Below are positions 26,806 to 32,000 of a stretch of DNA of 32,000 bases, piece after piece. The notes beneath the pieces are model-generated. The model was given only the letters and a program-made list of their open reading frames with translations, searched no databases and had not been told where the DNA came from. The DNA comes from Microcystis aeruginosa NIES-2549 (GTDB lineage: Bacteria; Cyanobacteriota; Cyanobacteriia; Cyanobacteriales; Microcystaceae). The number at the start of each line of letters is the position of its first letter. Position 1 is the stretch's first letter. The stretch lies in contig NZ_CP011304.1 in the NCBI RefSeq assembly GCF_000981785.2, forward strand, positions 3,390,001 to 3,422,000, read 5' to 3'. Position numbers and translations under genes: made by a program.

Positions 26806-27152
26806 GAATTCTTTTTAAGGTTGCCTAGAGTTATTTTACCAGCTTTTTTCTCGCCACTTCCCCAACCCCGACCCAGGGATGCAGCCGTTGATTTTTCTGG
26901 ATGTACCCGTGTTTATCATAATATTTACTTATAGGTGAGTGGGGGAAGTTTAGGGGAAAATTCCCTAATCGTAATTCTCCTCGGCAACAATCATGCGTTA
27001 GATTTATTCGGGGTTTCCTTAATTTGTACCCAGTAACAACACATCAGATACAGCACGGGTTATGGTCTTTTGTCAAGGGGGAAGTCCAATAATTAAATCT
27101 CTACCTTTTAAAATACAAATGAACTATTAAAAGTAAATCCGTAGTCAATTAC

Positions 27153-27613
27153 TCATAACTTCGGTGGCTGCTCGTAACTTTTAAGGTGTTTGTCCAAAGA
27201 CCATATATAGACGCGGCGGCTTGGATTTTGATCACAAATTTTCTGCCAATCATGAATGATAGAAAAGTCCCCAGTCCCCTACGTTGCATCGCTTGATCAG
27301 GAAACTCTTTTAACCATCCTTGCAGGTCTTCTTGCTTTAGAAAATTAATAGGGGTGAAGGGAGATTTTCCTTCAAGAGCTTGTGTTACCTGATTTACAAA
27401 TTTTTCTGCACAAGTGCGTCGCTGATTGCCATCTCCATTTTGGGCAATATGATTGCCAGTTTCCAGAATAGTCGCCATTGGCAAAAAAAGAGATTCTCTA
27501 GCTTCAATTTTCTCTTTTAACTCTTGAAATATTAACTCAGATTGACTCGCTTTGTGGGGTACATTAAGTATCTCTAAAAAGATCGAAGTATCGATCAGAC
27601 AAATAGCTCCCAT
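27153..27613 (-). pseudogene. PIN-like nuclease ORF coupled to the upstream ATPase, frame broken at a GGGGACT GGGGACT repeat
   Basis: The ATG at 27611-27613 overlaps the ATPase stop (TGATG). The sequence reads CLIDTS ... ILETGNH and then switches frame at 27266-27279. The other frame continues GTGDFSIIHDWQKICDQNPSRRVYIWSLDKHLKSYEQPPKL to a TGA at 27153-27155. The ORF as given ends at 27149. Confidence 0.5.
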
Positions 27614-28938
27614 CAGGCTACTTCTCCCTGTTTTAATTGCTCTAACCAACTTAGCGCGTTTTGTTGACGTTGTTCTGCTGTGGACTTATCCTTTAAGAAC
27701 TTATCTAATACTTGTTTAGTCATCAACTGACCAAGAGTTCCCTGCACAATTAATTCGGGGAAACGCTCTAAATCAGCTAATCGGACAATACGACTATCTC
27801 CTGCTTGCGGATCTCGGTAACAACAAAGTACATTTCCAATATCACTATCGGGTACTGCATCTAATAACGCCGGGTTATGGGAGGTGATCAGTACCCTCAG
27901 TTTTCTTTCTAAGGCGATCTCCCGAATTTGCTTAACTAAATTATCTGCACGACTGGGATGAACACCATTATCGATCTCTTCAATAATTACGAAAGTTCCA
28001 GGATTTACACTTAGTAGAGTTGCAGCAATCGCTAAAACTCTCAGAGTACCATCAGACAACAAAGGAGCATCTATCTGATGTTCTTTGTTCCCAAAAGACT
28101 CTATTAGTTTCACCATAACATCCTTGCGGTCTGTAATGATAAAGCGAATATCGGTAATATCCTGTTCTGGTAATGAACGAATGAAATCAAGCAACTTGTT
28201 TTTTTGAGTCTCTCCCTGCTGACAAACTGCGTAAAGAACACTAGAAAGGTTAGAGCCATCTTCTTTAATATCATCATCTTTAGCGTAAGCATAATCCCGC
28301 ATTACTGCTGGACGAGGATCAAGAAAGACGATATTTCTCAAGGTTTCTCGAATTACTTTAGTAACTGCTGGAATAATTTTTTGTGATTTAGTATGACTTT
28401 GCTGGAACCGACTGGGAGTTTCCAATTGATAAAAAATAGCTTGTCGGTTAGAGCAAGGTATGTGGGGCTTTTTACCACCTTTATTAAAATTGTTATACAT
28501 CACCCTAATTTCATCGGTGTGCGGGTTAGGATCGCCATCAATTTTGTAAAGTGTTAATTCCTGATCTTTACTAGCTTTACTGACACTTTCTCCGATTATA
28601 ATAAGTTGGTCTGATAATAGCCCAATTTCAATCTCAAAATCAGTCCAACCGTCAGGAGCGTTATCAATGTGTGTTGCCAAGGTAAAATACTCTTTTTCTG
28701 CACCGAAAAGATCGATCGCTTGTCCACGAGCAATTGCATTCCCGCTTTGAATGTTGCGTTCAATGTCATCTAACCTGCTGCCTTTCGCTAACCACGAAAG
28801 TAAGCGAATTGCTTCTAGTGCATTACTTTTTCCTGACGCATTAGCACCGATTAAAAAGGTGATGGGTGCTAGAGACAAGGTTGCCTCCTGATAGCTTTTG
28901 AAATTCCGAAGAGTCAGCGATGTTAACATACTTTTCAC
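27613..28938 (-). CDS. ABC/SMC-like AAA_15/AAA_21-type ATPase
   Basis: Walker A GANASGKSN, signature-like LSDGTLRVLAIA, Walker B FVIIEEIDNG and H-loop ITSHNP. There is no fused nuclease domain. Confidence 0.85.
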   Translation of the reverse strand: MKSMLTSLTLRNFKSYQEATLSLAPITFLIGANASGKSNALEAIRLLSWLAKGSRLDDIERNIQSGNAIARGQAIDLFGAEKEYFTLATHIDNAPDGWTDFEIEIGLLSDQLIIIGESVSKASKDQELTLYKIDGDPNPHTDEIRVMYNNFNKGGKKPHIPCSNRQAIFYQLETPSRFQQSHTKSQKIIPAVTKVIRETLRNIVFLDPRPAVMRDYAYAKDDDIKEDGSNLSSVLYAVCQQGETQKNKLLDFIRSLPEQDITDIRFIITDRKDVMVKLIESFGNKEHQIDAPLLSDGTLRVLAIAATLLSVNPGTFVIIEEIDNGVHPSRADNLVKQIREIALERKLRVLITSHNPALLDAVPDSDIGNVLCCYRDPQAGDSRIVRLADLERFPELIVQGTLGQLMTKQVLDKFLKDKSTAEQRQQNALSWLEQLKQGEVA

Positions 28939-28957
28939 CCATTAAATCTTGACTGGT
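28761..28957. repeat. 197-bp direct repeat, copy 1 (ATPase codons 1-59 plus 19 nt of leader)
   Basis: It matches 30808-31004 with 2 mismatches, one synonymous (TCG/TCA) and one Leu/Val. Confidence 0.9.
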
Positions 28958-29659
28958 GCAGTTTGAGCATTTGTACTAAAAGTTCCAATACCAGCGCAGC
29001 TTATAGACTCTAACAAGTACCGAAAACTAGCACCCATAACCTTGAAAACTCAAACTGTAGGGCAGGGCATATCCGAACAGTATAATCTAGGCTTGGGGAG
29101 ATAAGATCGCTGTTTATTGGCATTAGGGCGGAACCCTTACCCTTACTGCAGGTCGCTTCTCAGAAAAAATTGAAAAGACGCTACTGGGTACATTTTCCCC
29201 TTGAAAATGGCTGTACCGTTGACTGTATCTAGAGTAGAGCGATTCTGTGGAGTTGGCTGTATGGTGATCGCTAACCTTATGATCACAGATGATGTCATTA
29301 ATCTTTAGAGTAAGCAATTCCCTCTGTAGCCATGTTTTTGCTGGTTTTCTGCCCCGAAACAAGCTATAATGATCTAAGGGTCAAATTAGAAGATTTTTGC
29401 CGCAAACCCTATCTGCGTAAAGACTTCAGGATTTTGTGTTCAGTAGCTCATTGGTATTATATGGCTTTAACTCAGGCTCTGTAAGACTTTTAGCCATAGC
29501 TAGTATTTTTGTACGGGTAAAGTCCAGAGCTAAATGGTTGCCTTTTTTAACTTTTTTATTGATCTCATTAAGCATTTCTACTTATTGCAAGGGTGAGATG
29601 CTCCCTTATGAAATATGAAACTAGAGGCAAAGTCAAAATTAATAATCGTCTTAATTCCA

Positions 29660-30010
29660 ATGAAATTAAAAGATATTGTCAACAAAGTCAAAATAGATTC
29701 TAGAAAATTAACCCAATATGCTCTCAATTTAGACAATCCAAAAGGATTAAATAAAGCCATCATGTTTCAACGCCACTTAGGATATACTCAAGATAATTAT
29801 GAGCCACTTCTACAACAAATCGCTAACAAATCCCTTGAAGCAAAAGCTGTTTATCAAAGTACAGATCGACATGACAAACGCTATCAAGTTGACCTAGAAA
29901 TTACAGGAATTGAACCAGGGCAACAAGAAATAGTGAGGACTGGATGGATTGTTGATCCTGATAGTGATACAGCTAAATTAGTAACTTTATATGTGAGAAA
30001 AAGACCATGA
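29660..30010 (+). CDS. DUF6883-like protein (putative toxin-like partner)
   Basis: MKLKDIVNKVKIDSRKLTQYALNLDNPKGLNKAIMFQRHLGY resembles that family, recalled from memory. I prefer the ATG at 29660 over 29615. Confidence 0.55.
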   Translation: MKLKDIVNKVKIDSRKLTQYALNLDNPKGLNKAIMFQRHLGYTQDNYEPLLQQIANKSLEAKAVYQSTDRHDKRYQVDLEITGIEPGQQEIVRTGWIVDPDSDTAKLVTLYVRKRP

Positions 30011-30315
30011 TTAAACCAGAATTATTTGACCTTGTGGAATTATTAGTTGACTTGCCTGAACATAACTTAATAATGGGAGAACAAGGGACAATTGTTGAAG
30101 ACTACAATGATGGTTGTTACGAAATTGAATTTAGTAATGATCTAGGGGAAACTATAGCCCTTTGTTCTCTCCCAATGCAGCAATTTATTGTTATCTGGAA
30201 AGCTCAGAACAAAACTTGGTTATCTTTAACAGAAAAGCTAACAGCTTTAATCGATAAATTACCCAAAGAAAAGCAACAAAAAGTTTTAGATTTCACCCGC
30301 TCTTTGTATCAATAA
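30007..30315 (+). CDS. DUF4926-like protein with a C-terminal antitoxin-like tail
   Basis: ATGA overlap with the upstream ORF. The N-terminal two thirds resemble DUF4926 (ELFDLVELLVDLPEHNLIMGEQGTIVE...EIEF). The tail is LPKEKQQKVLDFTRSLYQ. Confidence 0.55.
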   Translation: MIKPELFDLVELLVDLPEHNLIMGEQGTIVEDYNDGCYEIEFSNDLGETIALCSLPMQQFIVIWKAQNKTWLSLTEKLTALIDKLPKEKQQKVLDFTRSLYQ

Positions 30316-30482
30316 AATCGGAAAAAATAGGCTATTCCAGAATTGTTATGCAAATAATTAACTTAAAATAAAAGCTAAAATTCATATAGGGAAGGACTTA
30401 AGGCACAAACAAGTTAAGGCCACAAAGATAGACAATAGAGTTAAGATTTGATATAATCGCCAAAAACGAGAGTATTTTACCT

Positions 30483-30807
30483 ATGATAGTTGATAAATTT
30501 TTGAACCTAAAAGGAACCTCTATTCAAGGCTATCGACACCTAGAAAATATCGGTATATTTTGACGAATTGAATCAAAAAATAAAAAAGCAACGGCTCGAC
30601 TGAGCGTTCGACTGAGCTCACGCCGAAGTCTCGCCGAACGTCCTGTCCTCGTTGTGGGTTAGAGAGCGATAAACTACACCAAAATCATCGACATTTAGTC
30701 AAAGATTTACCGCTCTCAGGCTAACCAGTGTACCTACAAGTTAATCGTCGTCAATTTAAGTACGTTAATTGTCAGAAACCCTTTAGCAAAGAGTTAGATT
30801 TTGTCGC
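30483..30807 (+). mobile_element. Degraded ISL3-family transposase N-terminal remnant
   Basis: It reads MIVDKFLNLKGTSIQGYRHLENIGIF-stop, then in another frame SCPRCGLESDKLHQNHRHLVKDLPLSG-stop-PVYLQVNRRQFKYVNCQKPFSKELDFV, and ends abruptly at the ATPase fragment. It has two in-frame stops, a frame change and a truncation. Confidence 0.65.
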
Positions 30808-30985
30808 CAATGTCATCTAACCTGCTGCCTTTCGCTAACCATGAAAGTAAGCGAATTGCTTCTAGTGCATTACTTTTTCCTGACGCATTAGCACCGATTA
30901 AAAAGGTGATGGGTGCTAGAGACAAGGTTGCCTCCTGATAGCTTTTGAAATTCCGAAGAGTCACCGATGTTAACATACTTTTCAC
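30808..30985 (-). pseudogene. Truncated second copy of the ATPase (first 59 codons only)
   Basis: MKSMLTSVTLRNFKSYQEATLSLAPITFLIGANASGKSNALEAIRLLSWLAKGSRLDDI is near-identical to the N-terminus of 27613-28938. The repeat continues to 31004. Confidence 0.85.
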
Positions 30986-31230
30986 CCATTAAATCTTGAC
31001 TGGTAGTGATTTTATTGTAGTGGTGATAGCTCATCTTAATAGTGAGGTAAGCTGTTGACTATCTAAATTACTCGTTAAGATTGGATGGGAGAAGGGTGAA
31101 GGAGTTCGAGCATTTGTGGTAAAACTCGCAATACGCAGTTAAATGCAGTACAGCTTACGACTGCTTATTATACTAAATCTGGTTATTAAAGACTGATTAT
31201 TTATTCCCCTTTTTGCATGAGTGCATGAGT

Positions 31231-31263
31231 AGAAAACGGGTTTCTCCGAGAAACCCGTTTTCT
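31231..31263. other. 33-nt perfect palindrome
   Basis: agaaaacgggtttctc (31231-31246), c, gagaaacccgttttct (31248-31263). It lies immediately distal to the rbcS terminator and has no U-tract of its own. Confidence 0.5.
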
Positions 31264-31266
31264 ATC

Positions 31267-31294
31267 AAAAAAAAGGGAGGTTTAAGAACCCCCC
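31267..31294 (-). terminator. Intrinsic terminator of rbcS
   Basis: The minus strand reads GGGGGG-TTCTTAAA-CCTCCC followed by T8, about 30 nt after the rbcS stop. Confidence 0.7.
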
Positions 31295-31324
31295 TCAACA
31301 GTTAATAATTAGATGACAACCAAA

Positions 31325-31660
31325 TTAGTAGCGGCCGGCATTGGGTTTATGAACAATAAAGCTCATGGTTTGACATTGTTTGATGTTGTCAAAAGCGATA
31401 ACGCGGATGTAGCAATCAGAATATTCAGTGCGGCACTCGCGAACTTCATTAAGAACTTCTTGGGGGCCAGAAACAGAGAATAAAGGCAGTTTCCACATCG
31501 TCCAATGATAATCTGCGGGTTTGGGATCTTTTTCAAATTCCACAGCAGGAATATAACCCTGATCGATCATGTATTGAATTTGTTTAGCAATTTGTTGATC
31601 GGTGAGGGGGGGCAAGTAGGAAAGAGTTTCGTAACGCTTCTCTTTAGGTAAAGTTTTCAT
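31325..31660 (-). CDS. rbcS: RuBisCO small subunit
   Basis: [43 protein letters not shown] ... [10 protein letters not shown]. Confidence 0.95.
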   Translation of the reverse strand: MKTLPKEKRYETLSYLPPLTDQQIAKQIQYMIDQGYIPAVEFEKDPKPADYHWTMWKLPLFSVSGPQEVLNEVRECRTEYSDCYIRVIAFDNIKQCQTMSFIVHKPNAGRY

Positions 31661-31675
31661 GGGTTTCTTGATTCC

Positions 31676-32000
31676 TTATGGGTTGGGTAGATCATCAACA
31701 TCGAGATTTAATTCCGATGTCTCTGGTTGACTTATAGCAGTACGGGTGAGACGTTCCAAAAGTTGCCGACGATGTTCGGTATTGTCATTAATAATTCCCG
31801 TTTTTACCATCTCTGGCAAGAACTCTAAAACCTGTTCGGCTAGATGTTCTCTTACCGTCATGATCCGCAAAACTAACTCTTTATTCTCAGTCATTAACCC
31901 CGCAATATAGGCCTCGCCATCCTGAATGGAATGGCTAGAAGTATAGTGACTCAGCCAAATAGCCAAAGTGGGATTAGTTTCTGACAATTGATCGATAATC
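31676..32000 (-). CDS. rbcX: RuBisCO assembly chaperone RbcX (5' end beyond the window)
   Basis: ETNPTLAIWLSHY ... DGEAYIAGLMTENKELVLRIMTVREHLAE, lying between rbcS and the expected rbcL. The frame is open to the window edge. Confidence 0.85.
   Translation of the reverse strand, partial: IIDQLSETNPTLAIWLSHYTSSHSIQDGEAYIAGLMTENKELVLRIMTVREHLAEQVLEFLPEMVKTGIINDNTEHRRQLLERLTRTAISQPETSELNLDVDDLPNP

Noticed and set aside
26806-27148. Possible third gene or ncRNA downstream of the PIN-like ORF
   Set aside because: There is no ORF of useful length. Only a small hairpin ttaggg-gaaaatt-ccctaa (about 26961-26979) is visible, and nothing here can be supported from sequence alone.
27614-27649. 12-codon 5' extension of the PIN-like ORF (MVRAIKTGRSSL)
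   Set aside because: It lies inside the ATPase coding region. The ATG at 27611-27613 gives the classic TGATG stop/start overlap.
28110-28386. Two 60-aa ORFs (28110-28292 minus, 28204-28386 plus)
   Set aside because: Both lie inside the ATPase gene, one in an alternative frame and one antisense.
29123-29362. 79-aa minus-strand ORF in the unassigned islet segment
   Set aside because: It shows no recognisable motif, has odd composition and no RBS. I treat it as non-coding or degraded sequence (see the finding on 28958-29659).
29436-29763. ORFs at 29436-29618 (plus) and 29578-29763 (minus)
   Set aside because: The first is a hydrophobic low-complexity frame with no support. The second is antisense to the DUF6883-like gene.

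Overview
This is a chromosomal segment of a cyanobacterium, most likely Microcystis or a close relative. That assignment is an inference from rbcX-rbcS, ycf4, squalene-hopene cyclase, recurrent HIP1 octamers (GCGATCGC), and CAGTTAT / TTGCCTC / GGAGTCA heptamer tracts in the intergenic spacers. About 26 kb is ordinary housekeeping: glcE-glcF, hom, a LysM/M23 peptidase, a class V aminotransferase, trpC, a coiled-coil protein, two glycosyltransferases, an orphan HigA-like HTH protein, shc, rpsB-tsf, a tightly packed blaI-blaR1-bcp trio, an NDP-sugar pyrophosphorylase, an LpxB-related protein, dnaG, a short KAS-family enzyme, a cyclophilin and ycf4. The unusual part is a roughly 4.5 kb accessory islet (26.8-31.3 kb) between ycf4 and the rbcS terminator. 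(i) It holds an ABC/AAA_15-type ATPase translationally coupled to a small PIN-like nuclease ORF, a candidate two-gene defence module. (ii) The nuclease frame is broken exactly at a tandem GGGGACT heptamer. (iii) It contains a DUF6883-like/DUF4926-like overlapping gene pair that may be toxin-antitoxin-like. (iv) It contains a degraded ISL3-type transposase remnant. (v) A second, truncated copy of the ATPase 5' end forms a 197-bp direct repeat (2 mismatches) around 1.85 kb of inserted DNA. Elsewhere there are two copies of a 145-bp MITE, a 47-bp perfect duplication of the KAS gene 3' end flanking a mosaic insert, heptamer tracts that abut start codons, and a perfect 63-bp in-frame tandem repeat. 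I recognised no rRNA, tRNA or CRISPR array. All family names come from motif recognition by eye, not from searches.
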